DNA of 64,000 nt from a virus. Taxonomy: Duplodnaviria > Caudoviricetes. Both the position numbers and the translations under genes were made by a program. Shown piece after piece: positions 27,340 to 37,029 of the stretch. Each line of letters begins with the position of its first letter. Within the stretch, counting starts at the first letter, position 1. Location of the stretch: the IMG/VR virus record IMGVR_UViG_3300043446_001791, positions 2,137 to 66,136 of that record. One strand, 5' to 3'. The notes under the pieces are model-generated. The model was given only the letters and a program-made list of their open reading frames with translations. It was not told the DNA's origin and did not search any database.

Positions 27340-27491
27340 CTTTTTGACTTCCTTAATCCAAATTTTGCAAGATATACGTATATTGTTTCCACAGTTACAC
27401 CGCACTCCTTTGCAATATCTTCTGGAGATTTCTTGTCAAGATGATATCTCTTTTTAAGCCATAATTCATTTGAATATAGTTTAGCACTCAT
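27336..27491 (-). CDS. Small helix-turn-helix protein (51 aa)
   Basis: Manual translation MSAKLYSNELWLKKRYHLDKKSPEDIAKECGVTVETIYVYLAKFGLRKSKR; ATGA coupling to the next gene. Confidence 0.75.
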   Translation of the reverse strand: MSAKLYSNELWLKKRYHLDKKSPEDIAKECGVTVETIYVYLAKFGLRKSKR

Positions 27492-27493
27492 AG

Positions 27494-28108
27494 TTATTCC
27501 TTGTCAACTCCAATAGCCTTTTCCCAATTATTTATAGACCAATGTCCGATTCCGCATGCGTCTGCGACATCATTATCTGTTATTTTTTTGTCATAAATAA
27601 CATCTAATAATTTTATTGTTCTTTGCTTTCTAAAATCTCTTTCATATGATTTATACCATGAATCTGATTTGCCTGGATTTGATAATCTTATTTTTATTTG
27701 TTCTTCTTTTGTTAATCTTTTATTTCCAATATAGTTTTGCCACGTTATTGGAGAAACCTTGCCTATTATTTTTATACCAGATAATCCTGCTCCTCCAAGT
27801 ATTCCACCTTGGATTAGGGCAAGATCTGCTGCAGTTTTTGGAGAATTCATAAAAACTGTATGCTCAATAACTATTGCTTCAACTAGGTTATAATGATCAA
27901 ACAATGCTTTAGATTTCTTACAAGCATCTGTTATTTTTTCATATATATCTTTACCGCTAAATGTTATTTTCCCATAGCAGTCTAACTTTTTATATGAGTA
28001 AATTGCAAAAGCAAGATTATTGGTACTGGCATCAATAGAACAAATCACCCCAGGGATTTTTGGTAAAACGCTGTTTGCGTATCTATCTGTTTCTTTTGCT
28101 TTTGTCAT
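27494..28108 (-). CDS. RuvC-like Holliday junction resolvase
   Basis: SIDASTN, IVIEH, DNDVADACGI acidic catalytic pattern. Confidence 0.75.
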   Translation of the reverse strand: MTKAKETDRYANSVLPKIPGVICSIDASTNNLAFAIYSYKKLDCYGKITFSGKDIYEKITDACKKSKALFDHYNLVEAIVIEHTVFMNSPKTAADLALIQGGILGGAGLSGIKIIGKVSPITWQNYIGNKRLTKEEQIKIRLSNPGKSDSWYKSYERDFRKQRTIKLLDVIYDKKITDNDVADACGIGHWSINNWEKAIGVDKE

Positions 28109-28379
28109 TTGATAAACCTTTAATCTCTTTAATTGCTTTTTTTACATCTCCAGGATTTATAGAGCATTTTGTACATAATGGATCATCATTATATATTGAT
28201 AACTTAGATCCACAGTCTTTACATGTTCTATTTTTTCCTTTTCTTTTTTGTCTTCTCGTTTGTATATATCTTTGTGCAATTTTTTCTTTAGTAGCAGACT
28301 CTCTACATTGTTCTGAACAATATATTTGATATGAAACTACTGATTCAAAGTTATGATCACACCATTTACAGTTCTTCAT
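28083..28379 (-). CDS. Cys-rich Zn-finger protein
   Basis: CKWC, YCSEQC, CKDC, CTKC. Confidence 0.65.
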   Translation of the reverse strand: MKNCKWCDHNFESVVSYQIYCSEQCRESATKEKIAQRYIQTRRQKRKGKNRTCKDCGSKLSIYNDDPLCTKCSINPGDVKKAIKEIKGLSNDKSKRNR

Positions 28380-29223
28380 TTTCTAATAACTCCAGAGGTT
28401 TAATTTTAATTACCCCTGTCCCTGCTTCGGCACATGCTTTTTGAATTGGACAAACTTTACATATCTTAGAATTAGATCGATAAGGCTTCTGAGGAAGTTG
28501 ATTATCTTTCCAATTTTTATATACATCTTTCATCCAATCAAATGCCTGGTCTACCCACCGACGGTAATGATCGTTTACTACTATTGGTAAAGTCAACAAC
28601 TCATGATTATTTTTATTTTCATAAATCATTACACCCTTGCCGACTTTCCAAACTTTCATATAGATAAGCAATTGCATAAGATGTCCCATCTTTGGCTTTC
28701 TGCTATTCTTTTTATACTCAAATCCTTCATTTGAGATTGTTTTAATTTCACCAATTACTCTTTCGTTATTTATATTAAGCATAACATCTCCATAGCCATC
28801 AAATGGAGGATCTTCTGTCTTTACTCTAAACTCCATTGCTGGATGTGTTTGCTTATTATATTTTCTTGGTAATGGATCCATCTCCATTGTCTCATCCAAA
28901 AGACCAGAAGCCTCTATTGCTTCTTGAATTCTTCCGTGACCTAATGTTCCATTAGTTCTATTTGCTACACCGTGTGCGTCAGAATTGTCATGAAATACAG
29001 CGCCGTCAAAAGCAAGGTGCCAAAATCTTGGACACTCTCCAGCACCATACGTTAATGTGGATGCAGAAAAATTATTCTTTTTACTAAACTTTGGTTTAGT
29101 TTTAGTTAAATATCCAGACTCAATTTTTTCTATTAAGCCATCTATAAAACTTGTATCTTCTGTAGATACTTTATTTTTACTATTTCCTTTTAGCATTACC
29201 TGTTGTAATAAATTTTTAGCCAT
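28366..29223 (-). CDS. Cas4-like PD-(D/E)xK exonuclease
   Basis: ECPR, GTLGH, GYGD, EIKT, QLLIY, CKVCPIQKAC (Fe-S Cys set). Confidence 0.8.
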   Translation of the reverse strand: MAKNLLQQVMLKGNSKNKVSTEDTSFIDGLIEKIESGYLTKTKPKFSKKNNFSASTLTYGAGECPRFWHLAFDGAVFHDNSDAHGVANRTNGTLGHGRIQEAIEASGLLDETMEMDPLPRKYNKQTHPAMEFRVKTEDPPFDGYGDVMLNINNERVIGEIKTISNEGFEYKKNSRKPKMGHLMQLLIYMKVWKVGKGVMIYENKNNHELLTLPIVVNDHYRRWVDQAFDWMKDVYKNWKDNQLPQKPYRSNSKICKVCPIQKACAEAGTGVIKIKPLELLENEEL

Positions 29224-29256
29224 GTTTTCCTTTGTTTAAACTAATTATATCAGATC

Positions 29257-29562
29257 TCATCTAGTTATATATTTTAATGCTGACACTAAATTGTTAATTG
29301 ATTCTGCTGCCGTGTAGTATATATTTTTTTGACTACGATTAGACTTATCCACGTTGGCCATCCAAGTTGCACGTAGTGCCATTTTAGATGCTATTGCCTG
29401 AAGTCTAACAATTTCTAAAGTAGCAACATTCATTGGAATGTCTGGCTTTAGTATTAATTTTGCAATTACAGTAAGTGCTGTAGTAAGTTCTTCATCCTTC
29501 ATGTACTCTGATATTTCTGAGAGTCCATTTATCATTTCTAGTGTAGTTTGTTGTTGTTCCAT
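29257..29562 (-). CDS. Hypothetical protein
   Basis: ORF track; start reassigned to MEQQQ (TAATG coupling). Confidence 0.6.
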   Translation of the reverse strand: MEQQQTTLEMINGLSEISEYMKDEELTTALTVIAKLILKPDIPMNVATLEIVRLQAIASKMALRATWMANVDKSNRSQKNIYYTAAESINNLVSALKYITR

Positions 29563-30350
29563 TACCCCATCGATTCTGTTGGTATTCCATCTCGCAAACC
29601 ATCTTCCGCCCATAATTTAAAAGCAGCCTGCATATCTGATCTTGATTGTAATTTATCTAAATACTCTCTTCTTTTCTCTGGATATTTTTCTGGATCTATT
29701 GGATTTTCTTCATTAGTAAATCTGTAACTATTTGTAGGGCAATAATCCATACTAATAATCTCACAAAACTCTCCATCTTTAAATTTACGTTTTGGCCTCC
29801 AATGTATTTGATTTACTGCACTAAATACTATGGTTTGTCCTGGGCCAAGGGTATACCTGGTAAAGTTTCCAGTATCATTCCAGTTTCCAACATATAAGTC
29901 CCACTCTATGTTTGTATCTGGACAATAATTAATTGTTACCAAGTTTTCATCTGCATCTAAATGTGGTGGTAATGCTGGACTGTTGTCCCCATAACCATAT
30001 TTTAAGTTATAGTCTATATAGTTCCAATGGCATAGTGCTATATCTTTTTTGTATAATGGTTTTGCAATTTTATCTAGTACGGCTTCACAATCTTCTGGCA
30101 TATCAAATTCAATTAAAACTCTTGACATGTTTTTTGCTATTTTAGGCTGAAACCTACTTTTAAATGGAGAATTTCTAATATATCCATCTTCTATTCTATC
30201 TCCTATAACAAATGGTTCAAGTTTACGATTTTCTTGAATTAAATTCATTATTCTTGACTTTTGATCTTCTGTAAATAAATTATCTACATAAAATGGCAAG
30301 GGCTTATTATATTTATCAAACCCAGTTAAATAATCATGAAGTTGAGCCAT
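29562..30350 (-). CDS. 2OG-Fe(II) oxygenase-like protein
   Basis: LPPHLDAD...WDLYV...HWRP. Confidence 0.7.
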   Translation of the reverse strand: MAQLHDYLTGFDKYNKPLPFYVDNLFTEDQKSRIMNLIQENRKLEPFVIGDRIEDGYIRNSPFKSRFQPKIAKNMSRVLIEFDMPEDCEAVLDKIAKPLYKKDIALCHWNYIDYNLKYGYGDNSPALPPHLDADENLVTINYCPDTNIEWDLYVGNWNDTGNFTRYTLGPGQTIVFSAVNQIHWRPKRKFKDGEFCEIISMDYCPTNSYRFTNEENPIDPEKYPEKRREYLDKLQSRSDMQAAFKLWAEDGLRDGIPTESMG

Positions 30351-30951
30351 TTGTCCATCCCCCTGCATCAAAATATGCTTTGCGATAAGCATTAACCTTT
30401 TCATCCATAATCTTATTTAAGCCTTCTTCTTTTGGCCCAGAAGTTGGATCTGAGAAGTGGCAAAAAATCATCTCTACAAAATCACCATCTTTAAATAGGG
30501 TTGGTTTTCTCCAATGCACTTGGTGAGTTCCACTAAAGGTTACAGCCTGATTATCTTTTAAAACAAACTCCTTATCTGGCTCAACTACAAGTGGCCAACT
30601 AATGTTTGAACTTAATTGATAGTCAAATGTAAATCTGGGTTCCTTAAATGTTTCATCATAATGCGGAAATAATGATGGCTTAAAATGAAATTTTCCACAA
30701 TTACTTGTTACATTTTCATATCTAGCAAAACAGTGTTCTGTTAATACTAAATTATCGTTTCCACTAACGAGACGGGCTACTTTGGTAAACTTTTTTACAA
30801 CCTCTACTTCAAGTTGTATAAATAGGTTAGCCTGACAATGTTCCTGAACAAAGTTACCGCCAGTACTTCTAGAAATAGAGGCCCTTACAGAATCTATCCC
30901 ATCCTGATTTAGTATATCGTCTACTATTACATTATTTTCATTATATTTCAT
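30334..30951 (-). CDS. 2OG-Fe(II) oxygenase-like protein
   Basis: LFPHYDE...WPLVV...HWRK...MIFCHF. Confidence 0.7.
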   Translation of the reverse strand: MKYNENNVIVDDILNQDGIDSVRASISRSTGGNFVQEHCQANLFIQLEVEVVKKFTKVARLVSGNDNLVLTEHCFARYENVTSNCGKFHFKPSLFPHYDETFKEPRFTFDYQLSSNISWPLVVEPDKEFVLKDNQAVTFSGTHQVHWRKPTLFKDGDFVEMIFCHFSDPTSGPKEEGLNKIMDEKVNAYRKAYFDAGGWTNGSTS

Positions 30952-31577
30952 TTTATACCTCCGTTATAGTTTTCTATAAAATCATAAATTTCTTTTTCTG
31001 AATATGCTGTATGCTCTATGTTTCTATTTTCTAATGCTATATGAAAAAACAACATTTTTACATATTCATCATCGTTCCATTGCTTCTTTTGTCTCCAATG
31101 ATAATTTTTAGTTGTTATTATTCCTAAAGCGTCATTATTATTTAACTCATATAAATCTTTGTTAATTCCTATAGCCCAAGATGTATTTGCGTCTAGTTGA
31201 TAGTCTAAGACAAAATCACTTTCACCTGGAGCATCTTTGTGTGGATTAAGATACGGATTACCACCGTATTTTTTATTATATTCAACATATGTCACACCAA
31301 CAACGGATCTAACGTTTATTCCAAAATTAGATAAAATATCAGTTGCACATTTCTTTGCAGATAAAATAATATCATCATCAAGTTCTAATCTATCAATATC
31401 TAGTCTAGACAATAGTTCTTTTTTGATTGCAATAAATTTTTTATCACTTGGATATTGGTGGCCCATTTTTGAATCATACCATTCCACTATTTCACGATTT
31501 TCAAATTCTTTATTTATACTTTTATATATTCTTAAAATTTGCTCATCAGAAAAAATATTAGATTTAACAAGTGTCAT
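30948..31577 (-). CDS. 2OG-Fe(II) oxygenase-like protein
   Basis: LNPHKD...DYQL...HWRQ...MLFFH; start MTLVKS 6 nt after TATAAT. Confidence 0.7.
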   Translation of the reverse strand: MTLVKSNIFSDEQILRIYKSINKEFENREIVEWYDSKMGHQYPSDKKFIAIKKELLSRLDIDRLELDDDIILSAKKCATDILSNFGINVRSVVGVTYVEYNKKYGGNPYLNPHKDAPGESDFVLDYQLDANTSWAIGINKDLYELNNNDALGIITTKNYHWRQKKQWNDDEYVKMLFFHIALENRNIEHTAYSEKEIYDFIENYNGGIK

Positions 31578-31584
31578 ATATATA

Positions 31585-31869
31585 TTATACCCTATCAACC
31601 AAGGACTCTAATAGGTCGAACTCTAATATTACTAACCTAGTCTTTTTATTGCCTTCACCTAAAACAACAACTATTGCTGGGTCATTATTATTCCTAATGG
31701 CATCTGTAGTTGCCTTAGCCCATACATCTTGATTTAATGTAAATGACTTTTTATTTTCTTTAAAATCTATAGTAAAGTTATTCCAGGTAGCGTCTCCCTT
31801 TTTAATACCACGCCCAGAATTTTTATGTTGTTTAGCACCAATTCTTTTACTTTCATTCTTTTCGCTCAT
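31585..31869 (-). CDS. Small PD-(D/E)xK nuclease (Holliday junction resolvase-like)
   Basis: E..RIGAKQHKNSGRG..KGD...IDFKE. Confidence 0.6.
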   Translation of the reverse strand: MSEKNESKRIGAKQHKNSGRGIKKGDATWNNFTIDFKENKKSFTLNQDVWAKATTDAIRNNNDPAIVVVLGEGNKKTRLVILEFDLLESLVDRV

Positions 31870-32038
31870 GGACCCTCTTTTTTTTATATCCTACCTTAAA
31901 TAATTCAACCTCAGATAAATGTTTATCAGAACACATCCAAGATGCCATTCCAGTTGTAATATATATACGAATAGTCTTTACTTCTTTTTTGCATACTTTA
32001 CAAGGAAATTTTCCTTCATAAATACTATACTTATCCAC
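31853..32038 (-). CDS. Small Zn-ribbon protein
   Basis: CKVC...CSDKH. Confidence 0.55.
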   Translation of the reverse strand: MDKYSIYEGKFPCKVCKKEVKTIRIYITTGMASWMCSDKHLSEVELFKVGYKKKRVHERKE

Positions 32039-33044
32039 TAATCTTGGCCTTAATCATTTCTTGTAGATCTAAGTCCTCTCTTACTCTATTAACAAAACCA
32101 TCTCTGCCTTGTACCTTTGTGCCGTCTGGCAATAAGTACCATGCTCCAGTTCTTTCAACTATTCCCATTAGTTCAGCAGTGTCAACAAGATCAGCGATAG
32201 CATCAATACCCAAAGTATCGCCTCTAAAATAGAAATCATATTCACCAGACTGAAAAGCAGGAGAAGTTTTAGAAAACTGTAACTCCCATCTAATCTTTCT
32301 ACCAACTTTTTCTTCAATAGCCTTGTCACCAACATATATTTTTCCTTTCAATGCTTGATTTTCTGATTCAGAAGAAAATAATTTAATTACAGTAGATGAG
32401 TAAAACTTTGTTGCTTGTCCGCCAGTTGGCTGTTGACTTGTATACATTGCATTAATATTATTTCTTGACTGACTAATTAAAAGCAATAACGTAGGCTTAA
32501 CTTTATTATTTGCATAGTTAAGCATTTTCCATGCATTACTAAAATCACGAGACTCTGCTCCAATTTGTTTAGTATTCTCTAATTGTTTTAACTCAGTAGA
32601 ATCTTTTTCAAAATAGATAGCAGGAAGCAAAGAAGTAATTGAATCAACCACAATAATATCAACACCAGCCTCTATTAGATTTACTCCTACATCTACCATC
32701 TCATTGATTGTTCTAGCCTGAGACACTATTAATTTAGATGTGTCTACACCTAACTTAGCAGCCCATTCTTTATCATAAGACATTTCTGCATCTATCCAAG
32801 CACAGATCTTTCCTTCTTTCTGTGCCAAGGCAATTGTTTGTAAGCATAATGATGATTTAGCACTTGACTTGCTCCCCCAAACTAATACCTGCCTACCATA
32901 TGGAAGTCCTCCATTAAGTGCACGATTAAGTCCATAACTTGGTGTTGCCGCATATTCTGTTTTTGGTACTTCGTCTCCAACTAAAATACTTTTTCTTAAT
33001 TTAGGGTTTAGTTGTGCTATCACATCTTCAATACTAACCGACAT
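32031..33044 (-). CDS. recA: RecA/UvsX-like recombinase
   Basis: LNGGLPYGR, GSKSSAKS Walker A variant, WIDAE, IVVDSI, PTGGQATKFYSS, GAWY. Confidence 0.9.
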   Translation of the reverse strand: MSVSIEDVIAQLNPKLRKSILVGDEVPKTEYAATPSYGLNRALNGGLPYGRQVLVWGSKSSAKSSLCLQTIALAQKEGKICAWIDAEMSYDKEWAAKLGVDTSKLIVSQARTINEMVDVGVNLIEAGVDIIVVDSITSLLPAIYFEKDSTELKQLENTKQIGAESRDFSNAWKMLNYANNKVKPTLLLLISQSRNNINAMYTSQQPTGGQATKFYSSTVIKLFSSESENQALKGKIYVGDKAIEEKVGRKIRWELQFSKTSPAFQSGEYDFYFRGDTLGIDAIADLVDTAELMGIVERTGAWYLLPDGTKVQGRDGFVNRVREDLDLQEMIKAKISG

Positions 33045-36000
33045 TTATATCCTCCAATATAACAGTTCCGTCTTTTGTTTTTCCAAATTCAAATTTGTAA
33101 GCATGGCCTTCTTCAATTTTCATGTATGCCTTTGCGAATGCAGTAGGAAATACTGTTACCGAATGTAGTTCTCTAGATGTATCTGCAAGGGTTAAAGATG
33201 CCATCTTTTTCCCTGCCTTTGTTATTCTTGGTTTAAAAGAAACAACAAATAACTCTTCATCTTTATATGGTAACATTCTATAATTTAAAAATTTAATTAA
33301 TGCTGCATCAGAATTCTTTATCTCGTCTACAGGAATAGCAGAAACAATTCTATTATCAGTACACAGTGCAATATAACTTCTTCCAGCCTCAATGGTAGTC
33401 TGTTCTTCATCAAATACACCTATGCTGCCAGTCTTATCTAAAATTTCTACACGACTCCAACCTTTGCCACGCTTAATGCCCTTTACCATTCCCATTAAAA
33501 TGAAAGATCCCTTTTCTTCAAAATCTTCTACAGAATTTATAAAGGCATGATAATGCGATGGAACAGTTTGTGTAAATTCTGGCAATCCCAAATACTCATA
33601 AAGATTTTCACGAAGTTCGTTATCGTTTCTTGGATTGTCTGGAAATGTTGCAGCACCAATAATTCTTAATGCCTCAAGTGCTCGACTATTTACTCCATTG
33701 CCTTTGGTAAATGTAAAATCTCTAACTTCCTGAAAAGACTTAAAAGGTCGTGCCGATATATATCGTTCTGCAATTTTATCAGAGATAAACTTGATCCCCG
33801 ACAATCCAAACCGAATACCCTTACCCTCAATTTTAAAATCAATATCCGAATCGTTAATGTGAGGTAGTTTAATGCTAATCCCCATTCTTTTCGCTTCAAT
33901 AAGATATTCAGTTCTCGCATCTTTGTCCCTTTCATTTTTAAGCAATGAGTACATAAACTCAATTGGATAATAATATTTTAGCCATGCCGTCCAATACGAG
34001 AGCGTAGAATAAGCAACCGCATGAGACTTGTTGAACGAATAGCCCGCATGCGCCTCAAAGTCATGCCATAAATCACGAGCCTGATTAGGGCTAATAAACT
34101 TAGAAGCCCCATCAACGAAACGATCACGAAACGCATCAAACTCTCTAGCATCTTTCTTTTTACCAATGATCTTACGAACTTTATCGGCCTCAGACCAAGA
34201 CATTCCTCCTAGTTGAACGCAGGCCTGCATAACCTGCTCTTGGTATAGGATACACCCATATGTTTCTTCGGTGAATGGTTTCATAGTTTGATGTAGATAA
34301 TTTACTGCTTGTCTGCCGTGCTTTCTTTCAATATAGTCTTTGCCAATGGTATTCATAGCGCCTGGACGCACAAGAGCATTTGAGGCGGATAACTCTGCTA
34401 GATTTTTTACACCCATCTTTATAAGAAGGTTTGTATATGGGGTTGCTTCACATTGAAATACACCCTTTGTATATCCCTCAGAAAGCATCTGATATACTTT
34501 TTGATCTTCCATATCAATTTTTAGCAAATCAATCTCAGTACCTTCTCGCTCTTTAATTATTTTAATAGTGTCATTAATAACACTTAATGTTTTAAGTCCA
34601 AGTGCGTCAATTTTGATGAGTCCAATTTTTTCAGCCTCTTCCATGTCCACTGCCACAACAGGAATGCGCTCATCGGAACCAGGAGAATTACGTGTCTCCA
34701 TCGGTGCGTACCTAAAAATAGGATTTTTACTAGTGACAACACCAGCAGCGTGTATGCCAGTACCTCTAATGCGACCACGAAGTTGTTCGCCATATTGTTC
34801 TACCTCTGGATATTTCTCTCTAAACCATGCAGTGGTTTTTGAAGTACAATACTCATCCCAAGTATCTACCAACTTCAAAACTTTATTTACATCTGCCAAT
34901 GGAATATTTAATGCACGAGCAACATCTCGTACTACGCCTTTATCTTTAAATTCTAAGAATGTTGCTATAGATGCAACATGCTTGTATTGTCTAACAAGAT
35001 AGTCTTTAACTTCATCACGACGAGAATCTTGAATATCTGTATCAATATCTGGAAAGTCATTACGCTCAGGATTAATAAAGCGGAAGAACAAAAGACCATG
35101 CTTTAGTGGATCAATATCGGTAATTCCTAGTGCATAGCAAAGCAGTGAGCCAGCAGAGGATCCACGGCCTGGCCCAACCATGATGCCTTCTTTCTTTGCC
35201 CAGGAGATCATACTTTGTACGACAAGAAAGTACGGACCAAACTTTTTATCTTGAATTACTTTTAGTTCTTCTTCAAGTCTGTCTAAATATTCCTGATTAT
35301 TATTAAGGCCTTTTTCTGCCAAACCAGTCATAGCCAATTCTTTTAATTGTTTATCTGGATTTTTGTATTGTACTGGAAGAAGATTTAAACCATCTTTAAT
35401 ATCATAGTCTTCAATCTTATTAGCAAGTTCAATAGTATTTTCATAAATATCAGTTCTAAAAATTGCCTGCTTTTCCATAGCAGCCTGAATTTCTTCATAT
35501 GAAAGAAGATGAATATCAAACTTATTAAATGACATTTGTCTATCTGCGCCGTATAGGTAATCAAGACGCTTCATTAGGTCCCCTTGCTTTTTGGACTTTT
35601 CATATGTAGCATCTTTTTGAATTTTATTTGAATATGTATTAAGAATAAGTTTTAGTTCTTGGATTTCTTTTTGTGATGGATCTACGTGATGGCAGTCTGG
35701 AGTTACAATAGGCTTAACCTTAAACTCATCTGCTAACTGTAAAATTGTTTGGTTGATTGATTCATCATTATGTGGCATTACTTCAAGATAATAGTCATCG
35801 CCAAATTCTTCTTTAAACCATTTAATATATTTCTTTGCCATGCCAAGTTCGCCAAGTTCAATAGACTTAGCAATAATACCGCTTGGGCATGCGGAAGAAA
35901 CAATAATGCCTTCTTTATATTTAGAAAGAACTTCAAAGTCTATTCTCGGCTTTTTATAATAACCTTCTGTCCAAGCAATTTCATTTAACCTATTTAAATT

Positions 36001-36312
36001 TTCTAAACCTACCTTGTTCTTGGCTAGAAGAATTATGTGGTTGTAAACCATATCTAATGGGGTGGTTCGATCTTCTTTGTCTCTTCTATCAAATCGATCC
36101 TCACACATATATCCTTCTATGCCAAGAATAGGCTTAATACCACTTGACTTAGCAGCACGATACATTTCTCTGTGGCCAGAAAGGGAGCCATGGTCTGTAA
36201 TCGATATTGCTGGCATACCCAATTTTGTAGCACGATCTACATATTCAGACGGCAACCCAATGCCATCGAATAATGAAAAGTGGGTGTGTAAATGCAGTGG
36301 TACGTAATTCAT
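33034..36312 (-). CDS. dnaE: DNA polymerase III alpha subunit
   Basis: PHP domain HLHTHFSLFDG, GPGRGSSAGSL, PDIDTD, HAAGVV, KIDALGL, YSFNKSHAVAY. Confidence 0.95.
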   Translation of the reverse strand: MNYVPLHLHTHFSLFDGIGLPSEYVDRATKLGMPAISITDHGSLSGHREMYRAAKSSGIKPILGIEGYMCEDRFDRRDKEDRTTPLDMVYNHIILLAKNKVGLENLNRLNEIAWTEGYYKKPRIDFEVLSKYKEGIIVSSACPSGIIAKSIELGELGMAKKYIKWFKEEFGDDYYLEVMPHNDESINQTILQLADEFKVKPIVTPDCHHVDPSQKEIQELKLILNTYSNKIQKDATYEKSKKQGDLMKRLDYLYGADRQMSFNKFDIHLLSYEEIQAAMEKQAIFRTDIYENTIELANKIEDYDIKDGLNLLPVQYKNPDKQLKELAMTGLAEKGLNNNQEYLDRLEEELKVIQDKKFGPYFLVVQSMISWAKKEGIMVGPGRGSSAGSLLCYALGITDIDPLKHGLLFFRFINPERNDFPDIDTDIQDSRRDEVKDYLVRQYKHVASIATFLEFKDKGVVRDVARALNIPLADVNKVLKLVDTWDEYCTSKTTAWFREKYPEVEQYGEQLRGRIRGTGIHAAGVVTSKNPIFRYAPMETRNSPGSDERIPVVAVDMEEAEKIGLIKIDALGLKTLSVINDTIKIIKEREGTEIDLLKIDMEDQKVYQMLSEGYTKGVFQCEATPYTNLLIKMGVKNLAELSASNALVRPGAMNTIGKDYIERKHGRQAVNYLHQTMKPFTEETYGCILYQEQVMQACVQLGGMSWSEADKVRKIIGKKKDAREFDAFRDRFVDGASKFISPNQARDLWHDFEAHAGYSFNKSHAVAYSTLSYWTAWLKYYYPIEFMYSLLKNERDKDARTEYLIEAKRMGISIKLPHINDSDIDFKIEGKGIRFGLSGIKFISDKIAERYISARPFKSFQEVRDFTFTKGNGVNSRALEALRIIGAATFPDNPRNDNELRENLYEYLGLPEFTQTVPSHYHAFINSVEDFEEKGSFILMGMVKGIKRGKGWSRVEILDKTGSIGVFDEEQTTIEAGRSYIALCTDNRIVSAIPVDEIKNSDAALIKFLNYRMLPYKDEELFVVSFKPRITKAGKKMASLTLADTSRELHSVTVFPTAFAKAYMKIEEGHAYKFEFGKTKDGTVILEDINVG

Positions 36313-36315
36313 CTA

Positions 36316-36978
36316 CTACCAGTCGATGTTTGTCGCTGAGGTAGAAGATGGAGAATCAAAGCCTAAGTAAAATGCCTCTTGTTCCGCATATGGAACACGA
36401 CGCAATGCTTTCTCCAATGGGTATGGCTCGATGCCCTCCCAATTAAAAGGCTCTTTATCTGGGGCCGATGGAATCAAAGTATATGATGTTTCAGTTCCCT
36501 GACCATTACGCTTTAACTTCCATGTTAGGTTTGAGATGCTTCCTGTTTCAAGTGCATACTCACGAATAGTATTAAACGAAGATTGCTTGCTTACGCCCAT
36601 AGACCAGATAGCAACATAAGGCTTATCTTCAATGCCATCATCTACAAGCACATTGCAATAGAAACGTAGACGGCCACGCCACCCACTGTTACCTTTTGGA
36701 TCCTTACGATACATTTCTTCTGCCCAGTCACGGCCCTCTGTATCTAGAGTATCTACAGCCTTACGCTTATAGTCTTTTGGATTTGTATGTTCTTTAACAA
36801 CAAGTGCTAGTCCACGCTTGTCGTTATAGTTTGCTGAGTCTTCATCTAATTCTTCAATGAATCTGATCTTAACTGCTTGTCCATCTGCCAACTTTAGCCA
36901 ACGGACCTTTGGTGCGCTTTCATCTGTTTTCTTGTCGAGCAGGGCATTAATGTTTTTGAGTCCCTTAATAACGCTCAT
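36316..36978 (-). CDS. Single-stranded DNA-binding protein (gp32-like)
   Basis: Directly upstream of dnaE; RLRFYCNVLV, KRNGQGTETSY, acidic/aromatic C-terminus. Confidence 0.65.
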   Translation of the reverse strand: MSVIKGLKNINALLDKKTDESAPKVRWLKLADGQAVKIRFIEELDEDSANYNDKRGLALVVKEHTNPKDYKRKAVDTLDTEGRDWAEEMYRKDPKGNSGWRGRLRFYCNVLVDDGIEDKPYVAIWSMGVSKQSSFNTIREYALETGSISNLTWKLKRNGQGTETSYTLIPSAPDKEPFNWEGIEPYPLEKALRRVPYAEQEAFYLGFDSPSSTSATNIDW

Positions 36979-37000
36979 AGTTTTCTCCTTTGTTTATTAT

Positions 37001-37029
37001 ATTATATACTAGCAAATTTTGTTTGTCAA
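37001..37029 (-). promoter_or_regulatory. Consensus sigma70 promoter for the SSB-dnaE-recA unit
   Basis: Exact TTGACA-17 nt-TATAAT; AAGGAG RBS downstream. Confidence 0.85.

Noticed and set aside
28366-29223. Cas4-like gene as evidence of a CRISPR-Cas system
   Set aside because: No repeat-spacer array or other cas genes seen; stand-alone Cas4-like nucleases are common in phage recombination modules.
33690-34793. Alternative-frame minus-strand ORFs inside dnaE, or an intein/intron in dnaE
   Set aside because: dnaE is continuous and of normal length with no intein or homing-endonuclease motifs; the nested ORFs have no recognisable features.
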